DNA of 63,282 bases, filler included, from Saprolegnia diclina VS20 (taxonomy: Eukaryota): the NCBI RefSeq assembly GCF_000281045.1. It is 9 parts of 2 records of this genome, joined end to end, with 100 filler letters (N's around TTAATTAATTAA, not from the genome) between each part and the next. Parts side by side here need not be neighbours in the genome. Positions count along the whole stretch, not along the records: positions 1 to 13,103 come from NW_008246114.1; 8 more parts are not named here. One strand, written 5' to 3'. Position 1 is the first letter of the stretch, and every line of letters starts with the position of its first letter. Shown one piece after another: positions 1 through 12,037 of the stretch. A model generated the notes under the pieces. That model had not been told where the DNA came from. It worked only from the letters and a program-made list of their open reading frames with translations, and ran no database searches. The position numbers were made by a program, and so were the translations under genes.

Positions 1-37
1 CAAACGCGGGGCAGTGTATGCGAAAGCCACGAGAGTA

Positions 38-494
38 CAGTAGTGAGCGTCTAAAGTACGATGGGTACTCGTGGGTGTGGCGGTCAAAATGTCGCAAAAC
101 ACGCCTCCGAGGATCATATTTAAAAAAAAAAAGCCATGCATACTTTTATTGTGCAGTTTAATTCAAAACTAAAAGATCCCCGTGTCGACGGTTGTGACGT
201 CGAGGTCTCAAAGGAGGATATCCCACGCACTGTCGATCGAGTCGTCACCCAAGGCTTATACAACCTCGGGAATTACCATAGCGCTGTAAACTACCCCAAT
301 GTCCGCCTTGATCCAACGGTTGTCGATGGAATCGCTCGAGACATCGTCCCACGCCAGCGAGGCGCGCTTCCTTTATAACTTCCCGCCATATCTGCGATTC
401 CCTTTTTTATTATGCCATAATTTTTTTCACCAGTGACATGTAGGTGATGGGCGTAGATTTGATTCCGTAATCGTACTTTTGACGCTCACTACTG
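38..494. mobile_element. pogo/Tigger-type (Tc1/mariner superfamily) non-autonomous element / MITE, 457 bp
   Basis: 25-bp terminal inverted repeats: CAGTAGTGAGCGTCTAAAGTACGAT (38-62) and ATCGTACTTTTGACGCTCACTACTG (470-494), 1 mismatch; TA on both flanks (36-37, 495-496); minus-strand remnant AWDDVSSDSIDNRWIKADI (~298-354) resembles the C-terminal motif of DDE_1 transposases. Confidence 0.85.
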
Positions 495-1463
495 TAAGGC
501 GCTCCGTACTGGAACGCGCGCTGTCGGGCTGCCACGTCACCAAGATCTCGCTGAAACTTATAGGGATCNNNNNNNNNNNNNNNNNNNNNNNNNNNNNNNN
601 NNNNNNNNNNNNNNNNNNNNNNNNNNNNNNNNNNNNNNNNNNNNNNNNNNNNNNNNNNNNNNNNNNNNCACCAAGATCTCGCTGAAACTTATAGGGATCT
701 TGGTGCCTGCCACGACCACACATACGACGGCCATGGTCCTTACCATCATTTGTATTCCATAGCATCCCACGTCCCGTCGCGAGCGCACGACCATGCGCGT
801 TAGCTCGCCCCAAGCTCCAACATCGTAGATATCATCACAGTCGTCACACGAGTCGGTCGTTGCTTCGTCGCGCGATGCAATGTTGTCAGCTTGGCCTTTC
901 TCGCCTTGTTGACATACGTGCTGTCGACGTTGTGATCTCGCGGCTTAACCACGGCCGTCGGAGATGGTCAGCATCGTCAGTCCAGTGCACCAGAGTGTGC
1001 AAGCGGCTCACGCAGCAGAATCACGCGGCAGTACCGTTGTTGCATCTTATTTTCTAGAGTATTTTCGATCACCCTACCCATGCTGCCACGATCATCTTGC
1101 TGAACAGACCGCGCTCCGAAGCTCCGCGCCTGCACCAGCTGCCTGCGCCTCGTTCATCATTGGGTGAGCCGGGAACGATCGCGTCTTTTGCAAATGCCTG
1201 CAAATGCACCTCAGCCTCGTTCATTTCGCACGACATGAGTGGCCGCGTCGACATCGTGTTCCGCGGATGACCCTCTGTCTCCGTGGGCCACGCCCTTCAC
1301 CTGCAAGGAAAGTCGATGTTGGTCGTCGCACCAGCCAGCACCACGAGCCCGTTGAGCGCGGCCGCCAAGTACGATGGTTTCAACATGCACACAATCATAT
1401 TCAAGTTAATGCAAACTGGCGCAACATGCAGACGATATCTTCCATTTTTGGGCCACGAGCGTT

Positions 1464-2510
1464 TTACCAAGTGACTGTGGGCACGGACGCGGCGATTGCG
1501 CCGACCTTGCTCGAGCGAACGCCGGTCGCCGACTTGAGGTAGCAGACGCCGTCGAACAAGACGTATGCGTTGCACTGGCTGTTCTTCTTGCACGTCTCGC
1601 AGCACTGACCAATCATCGTGTTCACGTCGCCCGTCGCCTTGAAATTGGCAATGTCGTTGCCGTAGTAGTCGTAGTTGACTTCGGGGTTGCTGCAGTAGCG
1701 GACGCTCGTGCCCGGCACCGGCGGCACGATCACGGACGTCGCGCCGTTGACAGTCCGGGGCGAGAGCGCGACGGTCTTGAGGTAGCAGACGTTGTTGGCA
1801 AGCGTATAGGCGCTGCAGGTAGCAACCGCCTTGCAGCCGTCACAGCACTGCTTGAGCATGTTGCCAAAGTCGCCAGTCGCAACAAAGTTGGAGATGTCGT
1901 TGCCGTAGTAGTCGGTGTTCCAGATCGGAGCGCCGCAGGTGCGGTTGCCAGCCGGAGTCGGCGTCGGTGTAGGCGTCGATGTCACATATGTCGTCTTGGC
2001 CGAGACGACGCCTGGCGCCGCCTTGCGCCCAGCGTCCGACGCCTTGAGGTAGCACACGCCGTTGGCCACCGAGAACGCCGTGCACCATCGCGTCGTACTG
2101 CACGCGTTGCAGCACGCTTGGAGCTGGTCGGCTTGGTTGCCCGACACCGCCACATTGGAAATGTCGTTGCCGTAGTAGTCGACGTTAATCTCAGGCGCAC
2201 TGCACGTACTCACCGGCGCCGACGTGCCCGACATGAGCACGGACGTCGCGCCAGTCTTGGGCTTGCGGGTGCCTGCACCCGACTTGAGGTAGCAGACGTT
2301 GTCGGCGAGCGTGTAGGCGACGCACGTGTTGCTGGCCGTGCACGCGTCGCAGCACTGCTTGAGCATGTTGCCAAAGTCGCCGGTGGTGCCAAAGTTGGAG
2401 ATGTCGCTGCCGGCAAAGTCCGTGTTCCACTCGGGCGACCCGCAGGTCCGAGCGTAGGTTGTGGTCATGGCCATCATGGCCAAAAGCGCAGTCGTCGTGA
2501 GCAGCTGCAT
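1464..2510 (-). CDS. Secreted protein with four tandem PAN/Apple domains (CBEL-like lectin/adhesin)
   Basis: Signal peptide MQLLTTTALLAMMAMTTTYA; four repeats of C-x6-D(Y/F)xGxDI...C(C)xxC...C..(Y/F)..V CYLK; central TPTPTP linker; intronless. Confidence 0.9.
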   Translation of the reverse strand: MQLLTTTALLAMMAMTTTYARTCGSPEWNTDFAGSDISNFGTTGDFGNMLKQCCDACTASNTCVAYTLADNVCYLKSGAGTRKPKTGATSVLMSGTSAPVSTCSAPEINVDYYGNDISNVAVSGNQADQLQACCNACSTTRWCTAFSVANGVCYLKASDAGRKAAPGVVSAKTTYVTSTPTPTPTPAGNRTCGAPIWNTDYYGNDISNFVATGDFGNMLKQCCDGCKAVATCSAYTLANNVCYLKTVALSPRTVNGATSVIVPPVPGTSVRYCSNPEVNYDYYGNDIANFKATGDVNTMIGQCCETCKKNSQCNAYVLFDGVCYLKSATGVRSSKVGAIAASVPTVTW

Positions 2511-2541
2511 GGTGGTAGTGGTGGTGCTGATGGAGTTGCGA

Positions 2542-2558
2542 GCAAATCGGAAAATGAA
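2542..2558 (-). promoter_or_regulatory. Oomycete Inr+FPR core promoter motif of the Apple-domain gene
   Basis: Minus strand TTCATTTTCCGATTTGC, ~30 nt upstream of the ATG, fits the TCATTYNNNNWTTY-type oomycete consensus. Confidence 0.6.
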
Positions 2559-3897
2559 CAACGACCAAGTCGATGATGGCCCATAGTATCGTCCCCGTGG
2601 GTTTAAAGCGTGGGTTGACGGGACGACCAGGTTGGAATGGCTTAGAAACGCTCCGAAGAGTAGCTTGGCGATGATTTTTGAGCCCCCAATCGCAAACGTT
2701 TGGGAGGCTTTGCTAGCATGTATGGACAGCTCCTTGCAGCTGTGCAGCCGTGATCCCTAGTCGCTTTACTCGCTGGAGCCGAAAGCATTCCGATCTATGA
2801 TCTGTGATTGGCGAAATTATTATCTTGGACGCGATTTGATTGGCCAGCTTTGTCGCACGCATTTGGTGATGCGGCGCGTGACCATATGATATGCAAATGC
2901 TGCCACGTCATAGCAGGTTGGCCGCATCCATGGCGCCATCGCGTCGTGCATTGTGCGATAGTAAATGCAGTAGCTGGATCTCCTTGCAGTAGCTTCGGCC
3001 TCGTTGAAGTACGGCGTTGGATTCTCTGGCGTGTTTTTTTCTTGCGAACGCGAAACCATTCCCACCCTCAAATCCAAGAAATAAGAAATGGCCGCCACAA
3101 CGTCCATGGACTTGAGCGTTTTTGGTTTCGATAGCATTCTATGGCCAAAGTTCTTATCGCTCGACTAACTACTAGTGTTCCTTGCGTCGACGTGCGAGAT
3201 TTGCATGGACCTCGTTGATGCCGATGGGCAAAGTAGCAGGCCGGCGAATATTTGGACAAGCGTCGCGAGATCTTGTACAACCCACTGCCGACGACGGCGG
3301 CACAAGTGAGCGATTGTGTAAGCACACCAAACTGAAATTTTGTCGTCCGGCAATGCCATGCGGTCCATTCCAACGATTCGTGTTCTCGATCGCGGCCACT
3401 GAAACCATCGACGAAAGGCTACTCGAGGTGCAGTGATATGCGGAGCTTTTCTGAAGCGAGCCGAGTAAAACCCGCGTCTTTCTGCCTCCTAAAGCGCGAC
3501 AAGCGATCTAATACATTTTGCATGGAGAGCAGTGTCGGTTCGTCCTGCATGACGCCGACGTGAACGCGGTATTATCTGCTCGGCGCTGGTTGAAGTGGCA
3601 CACACAGACGAGGTCGGGCCAATGATTTCGAAAATGCGATGGCACCCATGCTTCGGCGGAGAAGCTTGGCGCGCGTCAGTACTGGTCAGGGTTAATTGCG
3701 ATCCCTGCGTCGTCGACGTTGGCGCAACCTCACCCATTCCACAGCCAGTGTCCTGTACTTAGGTACTCGATATATTCTCTGCAGCATTCGATCGACGGCT
3801 CGAGCTAGCTGCCTTTTACGATTTAGTCCGATAACTAGATCGCTGGACACGGGAGGTTGAGTCACAGGTGGTGTCACGTGCGGCTGCTTGGAATGAA

Positions 3898-6800
3898 CTA
3901 CATCGCTTTTGCCGCATTTGGGGACGTGCTGAGGAGCACGATAAATGCATCAAGGCGCGTGGCTATGGGCGTAAACACGTTGGGATCGTAGTACAAGGCG
4001 ACGGCGCCGATCGCCTACATTCACCATCGACATGCAAAACATAGCAATAGATTCGACGCACCTCGGTGAATTCGGTAAACGTCAACTAGATCATAGACAA
4101 TTTGTCCACTTTCTGTTGCAAAACGGAAAAATGGCGTACCTCGAGCGCGCTGTTGTGGCTCGGCGCTTCCCCGCCATCGAGACCATCGTCGTCTTGTTGG
4201 ATTTTGGAAAATATATTTTGAACGTCGCTGATCGAGAGGACGTTGGGCAGCAGCTGGAATTCCTAATCATATTCCACTATGTCATTGTGCATAAATGTAT
4301 CCATGGACAACCTCAAGAAAAACGACAAAGTCATCCGCACTTAGCGTCGCCGACGTCGAGGCGTACTGCTTGTAGAGCCGCGCGAGCAGCGTCTGGTGCA
4401 TTTGAAACACCGCCTTGCACGCGCTTCCGTTCATCTCGTTCCGGAAGCCGTCCATGCTCGCGCGGCACGCATTGACCAGCACAAAGTCGGACAAACATCG
4501 CTTCACGCGCTGGCTCAACGGCGTCGCTACCCGTCGTCGGATTTTTCACATTTTCATCAAATAAATAAGACAAGTTGTACATTTGGTTCCGAGCCGGCGC
4601 TCGGCCACGCACACGAGGGCGTGGATGAATTCGCTCGCGTTAAATTCCATGTCGGGGTTGAACGGGTCCTATATGTTCGCGTCAAACTTCATCCACAACC
4701 ATTTGACGCAATCATGTATACGAGCTCCGTGTTGGCGTCGCCCTCGTTGATATCATGAAAGATCTTCTTGACATACGCTAATCGAAAAGTTGAATTATTG
4801 CACTGGGCACGTTGCAGCGATATCAGTGATCGTACCGAGCGTTAGCGACTTGGAGATGAGTTTGCAATCTTTGAGAAACCCATAAAATTCATCCAGAGAC
4901 ATGCTTCCGGCGTCCCCCACGTCGCTCGCGGCGTAATATTCGAAAATACGCTGGAGATCCTCTACATTTTGTCTAGTGCAAACGAAACCATGTCAAAGTA
5001 CCGTAATGTTCGCCCAAAACGGCTTCGATTTTTGGCGCTTCGGTGGCCACGTCCGACTGCAAAATCGCATTCAGCGTCTCTTTTTTAATCGTCGAATACG
5101 TCGCCCGTTCGCGGGCTTCGCGCCGATTGGCCATGACGAACGGCGCGTCACCGTGCACGCGGACAAGAAGCACGTCAATGGCCTTGGTGTGGATGCGCTT
5201 GGACAGTGCCGTGTACAGCTGCTGGTTGGCCGCGCGTGTCGAGCAGGCTAGCATCGTTTTGAATATAGTTTTGTGGGGAATATTGTCATTTATCATGAGT
5301 CTCACCGTACTGCACCATTTGCACTGCGTTTTGCAGCGCATTGTTGGCGGCGACGATCGCGGCGACGTTGGTCGTATCGGGAGTAAACCCCACGAGCATC
5401 GACGTGTCAAACGGTTTTTTGAGCTCGCGCCATCCCTAGCCAATCAAACATCGTTGGAATATGGTCAATATTGTCTTATGCATGGCCTACGCTGCGCACA
5501 ATGTCCCACGCGGCCGTGGCTTCGTCCAAGGACGCACTCGCTTCCTGCCACGGGCACACGGGGGGACGCAAGCTCGCAGGCACTTCGCAAAAGAGGTAGC
5601 TCAATATGCAATACAAAATATCGCTGGGAACAATGCCCTACACCATTGCAGGTTAACATCAAGTACCCGCATTTGGTCCTACGTCGGCAGCATGCTCAAT
5701 GTGCTCCACGAGGTACTCGGGACAGCGCCACGCGCGCAGTTGGTCCAAGACCGAGTCGCTGCAGAGCTCGCTTGTCTCGGGTACCTTACGCCGCAGGACT
5801 TTGAGCACTGTGTGGAGTACTTGCAGTCCCTACGAAACAATGACAAAGTTACAAAGTGAAACATGAAACATGAAAAATGTACCTTCATGTCGGTGGTAAA
5901 ATTTTGAACGCGAGAAAGCTCAATCTCGATCTCCGCTGCCGATTTGGCATTCGTCGACATGGGTACTTTGGCAAGGAATTGGATTTGTTCGTGGACCAAG
6001 CGGCTCGTCCATTTGAGCACAATGGTGTCTTCGGGGGCTTTTACCAAGTCGACGCGATCGTCGCGCGGACGTAGTAAGCACGTTGGGTCGGCAAAGGTCT
6101 CGTACGGCACAGCACCCAGCATGTTGGTCAAATGCAGCAGTTGGGCGTCGACCTACAGCAGTCTCGGATGCCAGCCTTTCGTAGCATGACGAGGGTACCA
6201 AGCCGAGGCAGAGACGGCCCCACTCGTTCGAGAGTTCTTGCAGCTGTCGTTCGTGGCTGCTGAGCACTCTCTCCATCACTACACATGATGTCAAACACTT
6301 TTTTGTGCATCGAAGACAATGTGTCCACAATTCGCAACGACGTACAGGACGAGAAGGTCGCTTGGAGCTCCGATTGTGTGAGCGTATGCTTTTGGATCGA
6401 CTGCTTGAGCACTTGAATTTCGTCTCGAACCGTGCGGATCGCCAGCTCGAGCTTGAACTGGAGGTCCTTGCAATCGCCCGCGCTCTCGGTGAGGGTCGAG
6501 AGCCGGCGGCGCGCGTCCATTTGCTTTTCCGAGACGATGACCTGGCGCCACATGCGCACGACCAGCGTTAAATGTCTAATGCTCGATTGAGAATGGTCAA
6601 GTTGTCATACAAAATTGAGGTGATATCACCGTTTTTTCCAGCGGCCCATGGCTTTTTGCATCGACGACCGCACTTTGCGCTTGTCAGCGACCACTTTGTG
6701 CCAATTGTGAAAGGCCTACGGAAACAGAAATGACCGAAACGGTGACAGACAATGGACAGATCGTCATTGTTTCGACCTGCAACAGAATCGTCCGCGCCCA

Positions 6801-7498
6801 GCGTTCCGAGACGCGCTCCAAAACCGACTCCTTGGTCGCGAGCTGGTCCATCATAAAGCTGTGCTTGCGATCGAGAATCGAGCTACACGACCACAAAAAG
6901 GTTTAGAACGTGGACAAATATTCGCAAAAATACAAAAAAAACATGAAAAATGTACAACATGAACACAAAACAGTACATGTCGTCGTCGATCTGGGCTTGC
7001 TCGATGCGCTTGTCTTGCAGCTCGACAAAATAGGGCTGGAGCCCGAAAAAATCTGCCATCGTCACGGCACCTCCGGCGTCAATTTTTGCTCGGACCGCGC
7101 TCGGGTCCAAGTACACGCTCTGCTCGCACTCGCGCAGAATGGCGCGCAAGAGGTCTTTATAGCGCTCAAAATGCGTCGACACATTTTCTACACAAATCAT
7201 CAGATATCCGTGGATTAGTACCAACGACACACCGAGAAGCTCAAAGCAAATGGCCGTCCGTAGTCCGTTGGGAACACCGAGGTGGTCGGACGCGCGCAGC
7301 GCGTGCTCGAGTTGCACCTTGCTGTACGCAGCTACAACGTTTGAATCAAGATGGGAATGCTATAAAGAGATGGCAACTACCAAAGTTCATGTAGTCGGTC
7401 TTTTCCTTTTGGATGCTTTTGACCCAGGCCGTCACGGGCGTCTCCTTGGTCGACGTCACTTCCGGCGACCGGGCGCTGTCGTCCTTCTTGGCCGCCAT
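3898..7498 (-). CDS. Large multi-exon uncharacterised protein with coiled coil and C-terminal EF-hand-like repeats (possibly flagellum-associated)
   Basis: Chain of minus-strand ORF segments separated by short GT-AG introns, from MAAKKDD (7498) to ...SPNAAKAM* (3898); EF-hand-like segments MSLDEFYGFLKDCKLI, LSADDFVVFL, LTFTEFTE; exon structure not fully resolved. Confidence 0.6.
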
Positions 7499-8602
7499 AT
7501 CGACGCTTGAAGATCCGGTCGACAGTTCCAAAATCCTATCTGACACCAATCCAACTCGGACGACGAGTCGAGTGTTCATTGTGTCTTTCTTGCGTGTGAC
7601 AAAGCTGCGAACTAGGGGACGACAGGGTTGTATTCTGGCATCGTATGAAGGAGGCTGTACAATCCATAAAAAGGATATTTGGATCAGACACCGATCTATC
7701 CAAGAATCCAAGAATCCAAAAGCGGCCATGATCCGAGTATCCAAACGCAAACCATCCTTCGATCAAAACGGAAACAATGGTGACAAATACCGGGACCACA
7801 ATCTCGTGAACCACCAAGTCGCGCAACCCAGCCTCTTCTTGCACCATCTTCGCCGCTAGCATCACCTCGACGGTATTCCACGCCAAACCCATCGTCCATT
7901 CGTAGAAAAGCCGACAGAGTTCGAAGCACAGGTTGGCAAGTCCAACGATATCCAGGCCGTGTGATCATGATGCCGGCACTGGGTTGTGGTGACCTGAAAA
8001 TGAGCTCGAACCCGTCAATTCCAGCAAGTACTGACCGACGAGCTGAACCACAGCAACCCTCGTGCATAGCATCCTTCCTGCTCAGCAGGCGCGATATCAG
8101 AGCTATTCCTCGATGGTTAAGATTCCATGTCGCCTGACGATCGCATGGGGTTGTTGCCGCGCGCCCCTGCATATCCGTACACATCCGGATAAAAATGCAC
8201 ACTATTTCACACATCCTTGCTCCTGTTGTCCATTCGGCACGATGGCCGCGCACGCCGCGTACGGCAACCGCCCACCAAGACACACATACCTTCCATTCTC
8301 TCTCAGCGTGCGCGTATCGTGCGTAGCGCTGGCGCTACCGCGGCGCGTCGGTCCCGAGCTTTCCACGGAAATAGTGTCATAATACCAATCGTCCTCCGTG
8401 AGTATTTTTATTGTGCCTGCACATAAAACCATCGAGTAATATAATGCAGCCAAGGTCGCCACTTCGATAGCTTTTACGTTCATATAATAAAAAAGGAGCG
8501 TGACATACAATAGCGTTGCTTGCGTGGGACACCACAGGCTTTTTTTTATGACGGACCTTGGTCCCACACCGCGCTTTCCGAGTTGCCACAAAGCCGCCGC
8601 CC

Positions 8603-9739
8603 ATGGCCAGCAGCAGCAGCACCACCGAGTACGAGGCCATGGTCGAGGACCTCATCCCGGACGCCCATGCGCCCGGCGCCGTCTGCCTCGAGGACTTCTC
8701 GCTCATCCGGGTCATCGGCAAAGGCTCGTTCGGCAAGGTCACGCTTGTGCGCAAGAAGGACAACTCGAAGGTCTTCGCCATGAAGATCCTCAACAAGGCG
8801 TTCATTATCAAGCGCAACCAGGTCGAGCACACGCGGACCGAGCGCAAGGTGCTCGCAGTCGTCTCGCACCCGTTCATCGTGAGCCTCCACTACGCGTTCC
8901 AGACCAACGACAAGCTCTACTTTGTGCTCGACTATTGCCCCGGCGGCGAGCTCTTCTTCCACCTCACGCGCCTTGGCAAGTTCACCGAGGCCATGGCGCG
9001 CTTCTACAGCGCCGAGCTCGTCGTCGCCCTCGAGCATCTCCACTCGCTCGGCGTCGTCTATCGCGATCTCAAGCCCGAAAACATCCTCCTCGACGAGCTC
9101 GGCCATGTCAAGCTCGCCGACTTTGGCCTTGCGAAAACCGACGTGACCGACGCAGCCAGCGGCGCCAACTCGCTCGTGGGCACGCCCGAGTACCTCGCGC
9201 CCGAAGTCCTCGCGCGCAAGGGCCATGGCACCGCCGTCGACTGGTGGGGCCTTGGCATGGTGCTCTTTGAGATGCTCACTGGCATGCCGCCGTGGTATAC
9301 GCGGAATCGCCAGGACCTCTACGCCCGCATCCGCGATGCGCCGCTCGAGATCCCGCACTATGTCAGCCACGAAGCGGCGTCGCTCATCCGCGCGCTCTTG
9401 CACCGCGATCCGGACAAGCGGCTCGGTGGCCGGAAGGGCCATGGCGCCGCCAACGTCAAGGCGCACCCGTTCTTTGCCAGTGTCGACTGGGACGGCCTCC
9501 TCTGGGCCGAGCCGCCGTTCCACCCGAATGCCAAGAAGGACGACGCCGATACCTCCAACTTTGAAAAAGAGTTTACGGAGATGCCCGTGCACACGCCCGT
9601 GAGCCTCAACCCCGTCTCGGCGCAAGCGATCCCCAAGAGCATGTTCAACGGCTTCACGTACGAAGCGCCGTCCGTCTCGCTCGGCTCCAACTCGTCGCAG
9701 TCCAAAGTCGAAGCCGCGACCGCCCAGCCGTTTATATAA
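8603..9739 (+). CDS. AGC-family Ser/Thr protein kinase (S6K/AKT/SGK-like)
   Basis: GKGSFGKV, AMK, YRDLKPEN, DFG, GTPEYLAPE, DWW; AGC C-tail DTSNFEKEFT and hydrophobic motif FNGFTY; intronless. Confidence 0.95.
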   Translation: MASSSSTTEYEAMVEDLIPDAHAPGAVCLEDFSLIRVIGKGSFGKVTLVRKKDNSKVFAMKILNKAFIIKRNQVEHTRTERKVLAVVSHPFIVSLHYAFQTNDKLYFVLDYCPGGELFFHLTRLGKFTEAMARFYSAELVVALEHLHSLGVVYRDLKPENILLDELGHVKLADFGLAKTDVTDAASGANSLVGTPEYLAPEVLARKGHGTAVDWWGLGMVLFEMLTGMPPWYTRNRQDLYARIRDAPLEIPHYVSHEAASLIRALLHRDPDKRLGGRKGHGAANVKAHPFFASVDWDGLLWAEPPFHPNAKKDDADTSNFEKEFTEMPVHTPVSLNPVSAQAIPKSMFNGFTYEAPSVSLGSNSSQSKVEAATAQPFI

Positions 9740-10251
9740 TCGATACATACTACACTATTGTCGTCTCATCATCAATGTACATCTTTATATACTGTAGTGC
9801 ATTTAGCAACGCAAGTGGAGACCTGCGGCCACAAGCGTCGTCGGGCGACGACAGAAGAGCCAGACGAGCCCCCGCGCCGCCACCTGCGCAGCCACGGACC
9901 GGCGAGTGAATGAAGATGAAGGAGATTGCTAGTCTCTATGTATGCGAAGTCTTTGTGTAATTATGACGATAACGCGAAGCACGTTCATATATATATTGAA
10001 GTGGAGACATAAGAGCGGTGTAGGGACAGCAACGTCGACATGATGGCCACAACAACCTGGTGTCCACACTGCGGCGACGAAGATCCGCGTCAACAACCGT
10101 AGACGGCTGCGCTGGTCGACCAGCGAGCGCAGCTTGTCGCTGAAAGACTTGGACGTGGGAGAGGTGATTCAACAATGCCGTGGTTAGCCTGCTAAACTCG
10201 TGCGTATTTGCTAACCCTAATCGTCGCCGTACGAGTTGACGGAGCAGGTGC

Positions 10252-10593
10252 TCAAGCAAGCGTGCAGGCTCGCATGAGCTCCGCCCGCGAGAGGCCGAGA
10301 AGCGTACCGCAAATTGCGGGGAGTTCATGGGGCCAGCCACACCGGCACGACGCCGTGGTCGAGTACGAAAGGCCACTCAAAGAGGTCTTCCGTAAACGCC
10401 TCACACCGGCGGGTACGTCTGCAGCCAGTAAAACATTGGCGGCCTCGAGCGGTTCGCAGTTGACGTTCTTGAGGAAGATGGCCATCGGGCCCTCATGCCA
10501 GGTAAAGAGAATCACACAATTGTCCACCGACAGTGATCGTCGCCCTGTATAAAGCCTCGAGCTACGCAACGTACGTAGCTTCTCCGACGACAC
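10252..10593 (-). pseudogene. Frameshifted paralog of the 10835-11383 unknown-family gene
   Basis: Shares FTWH.GPM..FL and, in another frame, FTEDLF...VPVW with the neighbour's FTWH.APM..FL / FTNDVF...VPVW. Confidence 0.5.
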
Positions 10594-10834
10594 ATGTCAG
10601 TGTACCGCTGGTCGCTCGTCTTCAAACGACAAGGCGGCCTATAACAGCTATGTCATCACGTCCGTTGACACAATATTGGCTTTGAGGAGCGTCCAAGGCG
10701 CGCATCAAACCCAAATCGACAACATGCGCCCGAATGAGCCAGTCGTCAAATGAATGCAATGAGTGGCTTTCACTCTATCCAGGACACTTGTGCAGGAATA
10801 AAAGCATTCGGGTTAAGCACTAGAGCGTCCTGAC

Positions 10835-11383
10835 TTAAGGACCAGACGGCTGCTTCAAGGGCACCATAAAGCCCATACGGAGACGGCGAGAGCGCTCGTA
10901 CATGACATAGACCGTGACGAGGTCGCCGTCACCGTCGTCCATGCACGCTTGGAGGGCGCGGTGGAGCCAGAGCACCGTAAAACGCCCTATCACGCTCACG
11001 ATACCAGGTGGTGCCGTGAGTGTGACCCACACTGGCACCGTGACTTGGCTCGCGTCTTGCCCAATCACGTCAAAGACGTCGTTCGTGAATGACTCGAACG
11101 TCACGGCGGGCGGCAGCGTATGCAGCCAATGCGGCAAGTCGGTCGTCGACATGGCATTGAGGCGCGTGAGAAATGCTGTCATCGGCGCCGTGTGCCACGT
11201 AAATTGCATGAGGCTGTTGCCATCTTCGTCGAGAGGGTGCAAGTCCTCCAGCACCATCGCGAGCTACCACAGTTTGTCAGATGCTGGGTTCAAAACTCAG
11301 AAAACCTCGCGCCACGCCGCGTCAAACGAGGCGCGGCGGTCTTCCTCGACAGTCTCGCTCGGCGGGATATCTGTCGTCGTCAT
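10835..11383 (-). pseudogene. Unknown-family gene with two in-frame stops
   Basis: MTTTDIPP...WREVF*VLNPASDKLW*LAMVLEDL... reads in a single frame with TGA at 11297-11299 and TAG at 11264-11266. Confidence 0.55.
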
Positions 11384-12037
11384 GGTGCTGCGTTGGTGGT
11401 AGCAAATTGGAAAGTGAGGACCAAGCACGCAAATGCCCGGCGGTCCGCCCACCGGACGCGGAAGCGCACGAGAGGCTGCCACGTATGGTCGCAAGCCAGC
11501 GCGGTATCTTTGACGTGCTTCCATGACGCTGATTGGTCGAGATGCACCAATCAGCGACCAGAATTGCGATTGTCCGCACCAGGTGCTCGACGTTCGCGCG
11601 GGTCGAAGGCGGGCAAGAAGTCCTTCTCCGCTCTAGTCTCTTCATGCCCCAACTCGTCCTCGCGATCAACGCTGGTCCGTCCCTACATGGGCGCATGCAC
11701 TTGGCAGCTATGGTCTATATAAACTGCCTCGAGATCTTAGACCAGCATGACCATTCTACGACTGGTTGCGATCTGCGAATATCAGACACCAGACCTCGAA
11801 CTCAAGGCCTTCAACGCGCTCTCACCGCAACAAGCAGCTGGCACCATCTGTGCTGCCCCGTCCCTCTGTGGTTTTCGCAGCCGCGGCTGCAAGCCCGTTG
11901 AGGGGAGTGGTGCGTCAGCAGCGACAGTACACCAGTAGTATCATTCACCCCGTTCCGAGATGCGCATTGGTGAAAAAGGCGCCAATGAGCAACGCGGCGT
12001 CGTGCAACGCGTCATCGTTCGCAGCCTGGTATAGACA

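Noticed and set aside
538..699. 31-nt direct repeat either side of the N gap at 569-668
   Set aside because: Most simply an unmerged contig overlap across a 100-N placeholder gap
8546..9748. Long antisense ORFs over the AGC kinase (similar ones over GH5, ankyrin, DUF2804-like and ATG6 genes)
   Set aside because: Expected shadows of GC-rich codon usage; no recognisable protein motifs
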